Below are positions 48,852-60,584 of a stretch of 64,000 nucleotides of DNA, in pieces. The notes below the pieces were generated by a model. The model was not told where the DNA came from, searched no databases, and saw only the letters and a program-made list of their open reading frames with translations. This DNA is from Neovahlkampfia damariscottae (lineage: Eukaryota). The stretch is from contig JABLTG010000003.1 in assembly GCA_016618085.1 (NCBI GenBank), forward strand, positions 186,001 to 250,000. Reading direction: 5' to 3'. Both the position numbers and the translations under genes were made by a program. Each line of letters opens with the position of its first letter. Positions within the stretch are counted from its first letter, which is position 1.

Positions 48852-51800
48852 ATGTGGAAAAAGGTAACTTTTTCTTAATACTCACAAATTACAAAAGTTT
48901 AAATTTTTTGAAACCCAACAAATAACTGACAAAGAAGTTTCAGAATTAATTTCAGTAAAACCAAAAAAAAAAAAAAATTAAAACCCAAGAACACCAATAT
49001 CACCTGTAGTGCTTCTGGAAGAGGAAACTTAAGTTTTGGTGACAATTCAGGAATGATTCACTTAATAGACCGTAACAACAAAATCAGTAATATATTCGCT
49101 TTTCAAAACAAAGTACAATTCTTAAAACAAGTTAAACCAAATTTTCTAATTGCCATTGGACTTGATTCAAATGAGGGTACAAACAAAAAAAAAATTAATT
49201 TTTTATTACTTAGATGTTAAAGATCCAATACTCAAAATTTATAATTTGGATAAATTAGACCCAAAAACAGATGATCCTCAACTTATCAGCACCACAAAAA
49301 TATTTCAAAAAGGTGTGAAGATTCAACCATCACCTGTATCTTGTTTAGATGTGACAAATGATTTCACAACTATTGCAATTGGACTCACCAATGGAGGAGT
49401 AATTTTATTCTCCGGTGAATTAGCAAGAGGTAGAATTCAAACTAGAGGATTACCAGTTAAGAATACAACAGAAATAACAGGAATTGGATTTCGTCCTGAA
49501 GAAAATGGATGGTGTTTGTTTGTAGCAACAGTTTCATCAGTATATCGTCATAGAATTACACCAAAAGGAATAGAAATTGCTGTTGACTTAGATGGTGATG
49601 GTAATGGAAGTGATCCAAAATGTTCAACAATTACAAATGAAGGAGATTTTGTTATTGCAAGACAAGACGGAGTTTGGTTTTATAAACCTGAAGGAAAAGG
49701 AAGTTGTTATGCATTTGAGGGAAAAAAACTTTTAATACAATGGTACAGAAATTACTTGGTTGTTTTAAGTAAAAATAATTGAATTAATAACGATTTTATA
49801 TTAGGTAATGATTCAAATCGAAAAAATTCAATGGAACAAATTGTAACGATTTATGATTTACAAAATAAATATATTGCCATAAAATTGACATTAGAAAAGT
49901 CATTCGTATCTGAAATTCTTCAAGAATGGGGTAATTTGTTCATTTTAGTGAATGAAAAAGCATTTGATGGTCAAATGACACAAAAAATCATTTATTTAGA
50001 AGAAAAAGATACCCAATCAAAACTTGAATTATTATTTCAAAAAAATCTTTATAAAATTGCTATAGATTTAGTTAAAAGTCAAAAATTAGATTCAAATTAT
50101 GTTGTTGACATCTCAAGAAAACACGGAGATCATTTATATAGTAAGAAGAAATATGATGAAGCCATGGATGAATATAAGAGAACTATTGGAGAATTAGAAC
50201 CTTCTTATGTAATTAGAAAATATTTAGATGCTCAAAGAATTCATAATTTAACAAATTACCTCGAAGATTTACATGAAAAAAAATTAGCTACTTCTGATCA
50301 TACAACATTGTTATTGAACTGTTATGCAAAATTAAAAGATGAAAAAAAAGATAAATTGGATAATTTCATTAAAAATAATGCTGAATTACATTATGATGTT
50401 GAAACTGCTATTAAAGTTTGTAGACAATCCGGTTATATTGAACATGCATTGGCATTGGCTAAAAAACATTATGAACATGAATGGTTTATTAAAATTCAAA
50501 TTGAAGATTTACAAAATGAACCAAATCAGTCAAATTATAAAAATGCCCTTCAACATATTGAGTCACTTCCTTTTGATTTGGCAGAAAAATTTCTTTTGAT
50601 TTATGGAAAAGTTTTGATGGCAAATATTCCAAAAAGAACAACAAATGTGTTGATCAGATTATGTTCAAATTATCAGTCTATTCCATTTGGTGAAACAAAT
50701 CGTGAATTGAAAATGGATAACCAATCAACACCTCAGAAATCAAAAAGTGAAATTTTCATTCATGCTTTTTCAAATCAACCAAAATGGCTATTAATATTTT
50801 TAGAGAATGTCATTTTTAGAAATCCTAATCCACCACAACCAAAAATTGTTTTTAACTCTTTGATTGAATTATACATCAAAGAAATCAAAAAAGAAGATGT
50901 TAAAAATAAGAAATTTGAAGAAGAAGAAGAAAATATTGAAGGATCAATTGATGAAGAAGAATCAGAATTTGATAATTTTGAAGGTGAAGATGAAGAAGAA
51001 TCAGATGATTTCAATTACAATATACCAAATGTTGATGATCAATTTTCTAAATTATCCTATGATGAAAAAGTCATTTATTTATTAGATCAAAATGATTCAA
51101 ATTATGACCCAGAACATGTTTTAGTACTCGTTCAAACATATCACTTTGAAGCAGGTATTTTAAAAATGTATGAAAAATTAAGATTAAATTATGATATTCT
51201 TCAACATTACATGAGAAAAAAAGATTATCAAAATGTAATTCAGTCATGTATAAAGTATGGAAATAATGATCAAAATATGTGGATTCAAGTTTTATCATTT
51301 TTTGCAAACGCAACAGATTCAAATTATGATCAAGAAATCAATCAAATTTTACAAAAAATTGAAAAAGATGATATTCTACCTCCACTTTTAGTTATTCAAA
51401 TTTTATCAAAAAAAACTCAAATTGGAACAATTAAAGAATATTTGATTAAAAAATTACAACAAGAAAATACTGTTATCCAATCAGATATTGAAAAAATTAA
51501 TGAAAATAAACAAGAAACAGAAAAAATGAGATCAGAAATTCATGAATTAAAAACAACAGCAAAAATATTTCAATTACCTGCTTGTTCATTATGTGGTCGT
51601 CCTTTAGAATTACCAGCAGTTCATTTTATGTGTGTTCATTCTTATCATCAAAGATGTTTGAATGATATTGATGAATGTCCAATATGCATAAATAAAAATA
51701 GAGAAGTTTTGGAAATGAAAAAAATGTTTGAAGAATCATCTGATCAACATGAAGAATTCTTTTTACAATTAAAAAAACAAAAAGAAAATGGATTTTCAGT

Positions 51801-51921
51801 GGTATCTGATTATTTTGGAAGAGGTATTTTCAAATCTTCGATTATTGATCAAACTCTATTTCAAAATCAAAAGAAAAGTGATTTATTTGGAGAAGAAGAT
51901 GATAATTATTTTGTTGAATAA
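48852..51921 (+). CDS. VPS11: HOPS/CORVET subunit VPS11
   Basis: MWKK|FKFF start, LEPSYVIRKYLDAQRIHNLT.YLE, DHTTLLLNCY, and RING CSLC..LELPAVHFMC.HSYHQRC..ECP.C. Confidence 0.96.
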
Positions 51922-52067
51922 AATTTTAAAAGTTTATAATGTCACTTCTTTTAAAAAAAATTGATCAAGATTTTTATCTTTGACCAGACCTAATGATTTC
52001 ACATTTAAATGAGGTAATGGAGAGGAATGAATGAACACTATTGTCAAAACATTTTGCAAAAAGATTT

Positions 52068-53384
52068 TTATTCGAAATTTTCAAATATATTCCTTAATTC
52101 TCCTTCTGATCCTCCAATTATTTCTCCGATTTTTTTTTCATTTTTTAGAAATTTAAATGTTGGAAGCATATTAATTCCGTTCATTAATGAAATTTCAACA
52201 TTTTCATTCGTTTCAATTTTCAAAAATTTAAATTTGGTGCATTGTTCACTTAATTTTGAATAAAGTTTTAAGACTGGTTCAGCAAATGATTCTTTTTTAT
52301 CAGTAAATAAGAGAACCACCAATTCGTTATTTTTTATTACAGAATTATAGGAATCAATAGAGTTGACTTCAATCACATTTTTCAATGATTTTTGGAAATC
52401 AATTTCTTGCAATTCCAAAGCTTTTTTCATTTGATTTTGTGTCAATTTTATAAGTTTTTGATATTCTTTTTGTGTTTCTTCTAAACTTGAGTTTGATAAA
52501 AATTTTTCAAGATTTTGAATTGAATTCTCAATCTCATTTCTATTTTCAAAGTATTTCAACAAAAGTTGGACATCTGAAATTAATTTTGAGCACTTCTTTT
52601 CTTCATCAATTAAAAGTTCATCCTTTAAAAAGATTCTCTTCAATTTTTCAATTTCGAATTTTTCTATTGATTCTTTTTCTATAAATTCAATCAACTCTGA
52701 ACCTCTACCCTTACCAGAATATGGAATTATTTTTTTATCCAAGGATATAAATGAAACAGATGGTGCATGTAGATGACCTGTGTAACTTTCATCAACATCA
52801 TTTTCTTCGTGATTCATTAAGCAAATTTCAATTGAAATTTTTTCATCTTTGAAGTACTGTGAAAGTTTCCTGATGATTGGAAGTAAACCTTTTTGAGATA
52901 TTTCTGAATCATCATATAAAATAAATATTATTTCCTTTTCATTTTCTTTAATTAATTCATTGAAACTATCAGCAACAATGATGGTTTCATTATTAGAAAA
53001 TTCTTCCAAATTCTTATCATTGGCCGGTCTTTCTGCTGATTTTAAAAATTTTTTTAATTCATTTTTTTTATATTTTTTGATAAAATTTAAAATTGATTCT
53101 TTGGTGATGTCCTCATGTAACACAAATTTTTTTTTTAAATTTCCATCAGTCAAAATCAAACAAGGAACAGTAGGAACACCAAAATTTAAAAAAATTTCAC
53201 AACCAATTTCATCTTCATAATCAGAAAAAAAAAAATTGAATTCTTTTGTTAATGAGTCTTCAGTTGAGACTTTTTGCAAAATAGTTTTTTCTTCTTCTTC
53301 GTCTGTGAATAAAATCAAATTCATTGGTTTTGAGAACATTGTAGTTGAATTTTCAACAGTTAATCTTTTTAGTTCTTCAGTCAT
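52068..53384 (-). CDS. multi-thioredoxin-fold (PDI b'/a'-like + Trx) protein lacking CxxC
   Basis: FLKSAERP..IIVADSFNELI PDI-like linker and a C-terminal GINMLPTFKFLKN..KIGEIIG Trx motif. Confidence 0.7.
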   Translation of the reverse strand: MTEELKRLTVENSTTMFSKPMNLILFTDEEEEKTILQKVSTEDSLTKEFNFFFSDYEDEIGCEIFLNFGVPTVPCLILTDGNLKKKFVLHEDITKESILNFIKKYKKNELKKFLKSAERPANDKNLEEFSNNETIIVADSFNELIKENEKEIIFILYDDSEISQKGLLPIIRKLSQYFKDEKISIEICLMNHEENDVDESYTGHLHAPSVSFISLDKKIIPYSGKGRGSELIEFIEKESIEKFEIEKLKRIFLKDELLIDEEKKCSKLISDVQLLLKYFENRNEIENSIQNLEKFLSNSSLEETQKEYQKLIKLTQNQMKKALELQEIDFQKSLKNVIEVNSIDSYNSVIKNNELVVLLFTDKKESFAEPVLKLYSKLSEQCTKFKFLKIETNENVEISLMNGINMLPTFKFLKNEKKIGEIIGGSEGELRNIFENFE

Positions 53385-53431
53385 TCTTCAAAGTGATAAT
53401 ATGATTCGTGGAATATATTCATCCAATAAAA
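53385..53431. promoter_or_regulatory. putative bidirectional micro-promoter with CCAAT
   Basis: 47 nt separate the divergent start codons. CCAAT at 53423-53427. Confidence 0.5.
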
Positions 53432-55991
53432 ATGAATCGTCAAATTGTCGACCTTCAAGCACAATCAAAAGCAAAGGCGATAGAACTAGCGACGAAACAA
53501 CTGAATACACCTGATAGTTTGAAGAATTTGAAAGAACTGAAAGCTTCAGTCCAAAAACAAAACGAAATTTTCAAAAACAAACTAAAAACAGTTTTAAATG
53601 GTCAAATTGAAGAAGCTGATGTCGCAATGAAAACATTAAAAATGAGTACTGAAAAACATTCCATTGTTCAAAATTACTTCAGACAAATCAATCAAACTGG
53701 AAAACATTCTCAAGAATTATTTGATAATTATTCTCTTCTGAGAAAAACCATTATTACAATGTCCAATATTAAAAAAGCAAAAGATTCATTAGATCGTATT
53801 TTACAATTTGGAAATGAAATTAACACTATTTATGATACATTACAAAAAGATCATACACAAGTAAAAAAATATTTAAAAATTAACAAAATTAAAGGTATGG
53901 TCGGCTCATGAAAGAATTGTAAAATTAGAAGGTAAAAAAAATTGATTTAATTTTTAATTTTCATTTAGAAATTAGAGATGCTGCCTTGGCTGAATCTGAA
54001 CAAGAAGATTACTACTTGGAAATTTTTAAGGATTATTTTAAAAATATCAATGAATGTTCTGAAAGATTTACAAATTTAATTTTTGTTCAAACATTAGAAA
54101 ATGATGGTATTATTTTCACAGCTCAAGAAGAACCTGCATATTTAGTTCAAATTGCGAGAGTTATTGAAGAAGAAGAAAAACGTGACAAGAAAAGGAGAAA
54201 AGAAAATGGAAAACAAACATTTACATCAAAGAAAAAAACAAAAGAAACTATTGTACTTAAGGAATATAAAAAGAGATTTTTTAACACAATCACAAATCAA
54301 GTTCATCATGGTATTGCTTATGCAATGAAAGATAAACCAAAATTTTATGATAAATTGAAAGCTGTTGACCGTTACATGTCTAAAACTTTGGAAGATGCAG
54401 AATTAGATGTTTCAACTTGTTTCCCAGAAGAATATGATATATTGAAATTTTACATCAAAACATTTGAAAATTATGTGAAAGATTATGTCATTGAATTATT
54501 GAATGACAGAGAAAAATTGGAATATTCTGATTCACTTGATTTAGGTAATAAAAAATTTAAAAATTAAATGAATTAGCTAATTGGTTGATGATTCATTATC
54601 CAAATGCTTTAGATCCATTTTTAGGACCAAAAGATGAAGTAATTGATTTTGAAAGAGAAGCACTGGAACTTTTGAAAGAATATATATTCCATAGAAAGCT
54701 TAAAATGATTCATAATTGTGAAATGGCAGTCAAGGTAGATTTTGAAGATGCTACACAACCATTACCAAATGATGATAATTATCCGTATACACCAGCTTGT
54801 GTTGAGATATTTACAATGTTAAATTCACAATTAGATCAATTAATTGAATCCAAAATGACTTGGGATTCAAAGTTCATATTAGATGTGGTGGAAAGTGCAT
54901 CAGTAATTTTAATGCAATACTGTGTTTTAATGAATTCAAATATTGAAATGACTTTGGACAAAATATCTATCCTTAAATTATGTGCATTTGGTAATAATGT
55001 TCCAATGTGTCGAGTTTTGTTAGATACATATACAAATAGAATTTTAGGCATTTTATCATCATCATATCATGAAAAAGCAATGAATTATCTGACTAGAGTT
55101 TCAGATGTTGGACTTGTTGATTTAGCAACTACTGTTATTAATGGCTTGATTCAAATTTTAATGGAAGAGTTGGCAAAATTATTTAAAGAAATGTTTGGAG
55201 AAAAATGGACAAATTTTGATACAAACCCAATGAGATATATTGGTAAACAGATTGATTTATTTCAAAAAACCAACTACCTTGAACCAGCATTAAGCAAATC
55301 CTTCTATGAACAATTCTTCAAAAGATTTGTCTTGAAATATATCTCAGCATTGTTGACAAATAAAGAGGTCCACATTAAATCAAAATATGAAGATGATGAA
55401 TCATTTTTAACGAAGTACTCTGATGATATTGAAGAAATTAAATTAATTTTTGGTGATGAAAAGCATTGTGTTGATGATGAATTCATGGATGATCAAATGC
55501 TTCCATTGGCTTATCTCAAATCATTGATCAAAGATACATTTTCTGCAGTTGATGCAGTAGATGAATATCAATTCAGTTTAAGTGAATTTCTAGGAGAGTA
55601 TCCACAAACATGGGATATTGCAGTGATCATTGTGAATAAATCTGATATTCCAAATGATGTTAAAGTTCAACTTCGAAAAATCATTGAATCTGATTTTTTG
55701 AAGATTTATAATGATGGTGCTGATCCTTCATGTGATCATATATTTCGTCATTTCATTACTGTTTATTCAATTTCAAAAAGAAGAGAAGAAGAAAAGAAAA
55801 TGAAAAAATTAAAAGAACAACAAAACATTCAAATACAACAAGCACAAAATGCGTTAGCACAAAAAGCAAAGAAACAAATTAAAATTCCAACAAAAGATGA
55901 AAAGAAAAGAGAGTCTGTTCCAAAAGAAGAAAAATTGGATACTGTAACTTTGGATGATCTTGATATTGACGTCAGTGAACTTGAATTATAA
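53432..55991 (+). CDS. SEC6: exocyst subunit Sec6/EXOC3
   Basis: L..PDSL..L, LKTVL..QIE, LVQIARVIEEEE..D, CFPEEYDI.KFY, EIFTMLNSQL and LCAFGNN motifs. Confidence 0.85.
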
Positions 55992-56059
55992 TAAATATTA
56001 TTTGTTCATTTTTGTATTTCTTGTTGGATCATTCCAAGGATTTTGTTGACCAACCAAAA

Positions 56060-58970
56060 ATGTTGAAGTTTAGAGTTGAACTGGATTCAAACACAAAAAA
56101 TTGTTTCGTTGGATTACCAAAGAGTGTCATAAAAGACAAGTTTATAACACAAGCAACACTAAAACTAACATGGTCTGATACAAAAACCTCTGAATATCGT
56201 TGTACCTATTTAGGTTGGTCATGGGACACTCACAATAAAAAAGAAACTATAATTATACCAAATTTATTAGCAAAAAATTTAAATTTAAATGAAGGTGATC
56301 AAGTAAATATCCAAATACTTCATGATAAAAAATTCTCAAAAAAAATTTTTGTTCAACCGAAAACTTTTGAAGATTCAGAAATTTTGGAACAAAACCAAAT
56401 TAATATTGAAGAAACATTACGTAATCAAATATTCATATTGTATGAAGGTTTGGTTTTTCCTTTTTATCTCAATAATGGCATATCAATTTCAATTGAAGTT
56501 TTGGATATAGAATTTGAACAAGAACATGGTGAAAAATTTGTTATTTTGGATGGAAATACTGAATTGATTGTAAAGACAAAACCTAATCCATTTGAATCTT
56601 CAGAACTAAAAAAACAAGTTGAACTTAAAGTTTTTCCTTTTGAACAAGAAGATGAAATGGAAAAAAAATTACAAAATCATGTCTACATGAAAAAAGATAA
56701 TATTTTAAATTTAAAAACTGGTGAAATGATCAAATTAAAAGAATTTGTTTTTCGTGTTGAAATTTTAACACAAACAAATTTAAAAAAAAATGAAGTCCAA
56801 TTAAACAAAAATATTATGAAACTTTTGGAAATTCAATCATTTGAAAATATTAAATCAAGTTTATTTAATGATAATTTATCTCCTATTATTCAATTGAATG
56901 CTCATTTGATAGACTTTAAAAATTTGAATTTATATGAGCTGAAACAACACTTAAAAAAATGGTTGAAGTCACAAAAATTTGATAAAATTCCTCTTTCTTC
57001 GAAGAATTATATATCAATTGAATCAGAAGACACTAAAGAAATTAAGAATTTAATTTTAACAGTACCTGGAAGTTTTGTTTCATTTTATGAATTAAATGAA
57101 CAAGTTATTGATAGATTATTCATTTCAAATGATGAAAAATTAATTTCATATTATAAAGAAAAAGAAAAGGAAGATGGTTTATTGTTTGAATATGTTCCAA
57201 TTTTTGAAAATTTATCATCAAAAGCACAACAAATTTTAAAGCCTTTAAATTTGTTCAACAAATCATTTTTTCAAAATAATAATTTACTTGGTAAGTGAAT
57301 AAAAATCAATAAATTTAATCTAATATTCAGTATCAGGACCTTCAGGTTCCGGAAAAACAATGTAAGAAGACTTTTTCAACAAATTAACCAATTTTTTTAG
57401 TTTTTCAAAAATAGTATGTTTAAAATTGAAATTACCATTGGAAATCGTTTCATGTAAGGCTTTGACTGGTGATAGAACTGACAACAACTTCAACATATTA
57501 AAAAAAAAAATTTCGAATGCTGTTGAAAAATCACCTTCTATTATACTTATTGATGACTTGGAAATATTATTTCCAAAGGAACAAGAAGAAATGCCTGATT
57601 TAAATATTAGAGTTCTATCATCTTTATTCGTGGATTTGCTCAACTCAATACATGAAAATCAAGTTCAAATTATCGCAACATGTCAACAATTTGATGAAAT
57701 TCATGAGATTATTCAGAATTCAAATTTATTTGAAGAAAAGTTATTTTTACCTTTACCTGATAAATCAGAAAGAAAAAAATTATTGGAATTCAATTCTTTT
57801 TTGAAAATTAATGAAAATTTACTTGAAAAAATAGCAATTGAAACTGACAACTACACTCCTTTTGATATCAAAAATTTGATGAATAAAATGACCAATAATG
57901 CGTTAATACATTCATCTGATGAAATTACTTTGGATAATTTTTTGAAAATATCGAAAGATTTTTCAATTCAATCAACTATTGGAACAAAATTATTAAAATC
58001 AGATACTGCTTGGGAAGACATTGGTGGGTTAAAAGAAGTGAAAAGTACACTTGTTGAGACATTTCAAATCCCGATAAAGTACTCAAAGTTGTTCAAAAAT
58101 ACACCATTGAAATTACGATCTGGATTACTTATTTATGGTTTTCCTGGTTGTGGAAAAACATTCTTGGCTAGTGCTGTTTCCAAGGAATGTGGTTTGAATT
58201 TCTTGACTGTGAAAGGACCTGAAGTTTTGAATAAATACATCGGAGCCTCTGAGCAAGCAATTAGATCCATATTTGAAAAGGCAGAAGCAGCAAAACCATG
58301 TATCATTTTCTTTGATGAATTTGATTCAATAGCTGCAGAAAGAGGAAAAGACAACACTGGAGTGACGGATCGTGTTGTGAATCAATTACTAGTACAATTA
58401 GATGGAGTAGAATCAAGAGAAGGTGTGTATATTCTTGCAGCAACTTCAAGACCTGATTTAATAGATCCTGCTTTATTAAGACCTGGAAGATTAGATAAAT
58501 CATTATTTTGTGGTTTACCTGATGAACAAGAGAGATTTGATATCTTATCTAAATTAAGTAAAACAACAAAATTTGATGATGACATTGATTTGAAAAATAT
58601 TGCTGAATTATGTGAGAACTATACTGGAGCTGATTTAAATGCACTTTTATATACAGCTCATTTAGAATCAACTCATGATATGATCAAAAATTTCAAAGAT
58701 GAGATTGGAAATCAACCAGAAGAATCTGTCAAAGTGACCACATTTGGTCAAGAAAGAAACATCAATATTGAAAATCTAATTGAAAATTTGAGACTTAAAA
58801 ACGAAGAAAAAGATCAAGTTGAAGTGAAAGTCTCAATGAAACATTTTCAAATTGCATTGAACAAAACAAAGCCATCTTTGTCAAATGATGAAATTCAAAA
58901 ATTTGAATATTTTTATGAAAACTTCACAAGTGGAAAAAAATCACAAGAAAAACATGTTACTTTAATGTAA
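56060..58970 (+). CDS. PEX1: peroxisomal AAA-ATPase PEX1
   Basis: N-terminal NCFVGLP and VQP.T.ED.EILE motifs. D2 domain has PLKLRSGLLIYGFPGCGKT, KGPEVLNKYIGASEQ and DNTGVTDRVVNQ. Confidence 0.95.
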
Positions 58971-59013
58971 ATTCATTACTTTTTTAAATCTGGATTTACT
59001 TTTGAAAGTAATG

Positions 59014-59922
59014 TTAAATTTTTCCAATAACAATATTTCTTCTTTCGTCTTTTTCAATTTTTGAATATAAATATTGATTTTCGACAGTTAATGCTTTGAT
59101 CGTTTCTTGATTTTGATTCATAGCATTCAATTGTTCATTCATCATTCTACAATCCCTTTTTAAAATTTTAATTAATTCATCTCTGTATGAAATTTCTTCC
59201 TGGAATTTCAATTCTTTTTGAGTTGAATCCTTTTTAATTTTGACTATTTCATTCAGTAATTCATCATTTGAAGAAGTTAATTCTTTGTTTTCTAGTTCAA
59301 TTTTTCGAATTTTTTCATCCTTTTCTTGATAATTTTCTTGTCTTTTTCTTTTCAAATTATTTTCAACAACCTTTTCTTTTTTAATAATAGTTCTTTGTGT
59401 ATCCTCTAAAGGTTCAGATTTTACCACTTTTTTGTCTCCATATCGTTGAAACAGTACTTGATTAATTTGTGGCAAATCAACATTATCTGCAGACAATGAT
59501 TTAACAATAGCTCCCTTTTTATCAATGTAATCTTTTTCGAAATTATCTTCATTTGAAACAATTAAATTCAAAAGCTGTTTTGATAATTTTTTGAGACCTA
59601 AATAAATAGATGCTCTCAAAACATCTTTTACAATTTGTGGTTTTTCCAATGAAATTTTTTGACCAAATAAATAATCATAAATTAAATTCCAAGTTTTTAC
59701 AGTTAGTTTTTTTGGGTCTAGAGATAAACGGTATCAATTTGATTTTGATAAGTTATTGATGGTATTGGATTGGCAAATTATTAATTTATGTGTAGGTACA
59801 GATTCAGCTCCAATGAATATATATGTCATATTGTCGTTTTCTTCATTTGGTAATTGCTTTTTGTGAAGTTTATGCACATACTCAATTTGATGCTTATTGT
59901 ATGGTTGTTGAATTGTCCACAT
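59014..59922 (-). CDS. BTB + coiled-coil protein with one in-frame TGA (59734-59736)
   Basis: ORFs 59734-59922 and 59014-59649 share a frame. The BTB motif (VPTHKLIICQS..WNLIYDYLFG..VLRASIYLGL) spans the stop. Confidence 0.65.
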
Positions 59923-60178
59923 CTACTGTGATTGGTCCATGTATTGTGATGTGCATTTCTAGATATCAAAAGTGAATAAAATCTCTTGTGAACGAAATCT
60001 GAACTTTTTATTTCTTCCTCATCAAAATATCTTCAAAGAACGAAGTTGCAATACTGAAAATAGAATTTTATTGTTTTTTCACATGTTTCACAAATTGGTT
60101 GTTCAAACATAAAATAATTATTCTGGTAAATTTCTAAATTGAATCAAATTTTTATTGGACAATTATTTTTTCTTTTAA

Positions 60179-60418
60179 ATGTCTTCAAATGATGAACTAG
60201 AGAGAAACAAAGAATTTAAAAAATATTTAGAAAAACAAGGAATTGTTGATATATACACCAAAGCTCTCACTGCTTTATATGAACAAGAAGAAAAACCAAA
60301 AGACGGAATTGAATTCATCAGAAAATTTTTTGGAGAAAATACAGAAGCCTACAAATTGCTAAAAATTGAAAATGAAAAACTCAAAAAAGAAATTGAAGAA
60401 CTGAAAAATCAGAAATAA
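60179..60418 (+). CDS. MYCBP: c-Myc-binding protein (AMY-1) homolog
   Basis: EFKKYLEKQGIVD..TKAL.ALYEQEEKP....EFIRK followed by a coiled coil. Confidence 0.85.
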   Translation: MSSNDELERNKEFKKYLEKQGIVDIYTKALTALYEQEEKPKDGIEFIRKFFGENTEAYKLLKIENEKLKKEIEELKNQK

Positions 60419-60584
60419 TTCAAAGAAATTCAATCACGTATAAATGATTCAAAAATCACTTATAAATTGAATTTCATGAAATAAAACCGTTTTAATATTT
60501 TGCAATCTTATTATTGAAAAAAATGGTTTGTGTGATTATGATTTTGATGTTTTCCGTTATCCAATCAAATTTCAACTTTTAAAA

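Noticed and set aside
41061..58970. Apparent trafficking gene cluster (ATG11-like, SNARE, VPS11, SEC6, PEX1)
   Set aside because: The genes belong to different pathways, unrelated genes are interspersed, and such genes are common enough for chance adjacency.
59946..60002. Possible C/D box snoRNA (GTGATGT...CTGA)
   Set aside because: The C box is imperfect, and there is no terminal stem or recognisable guide.
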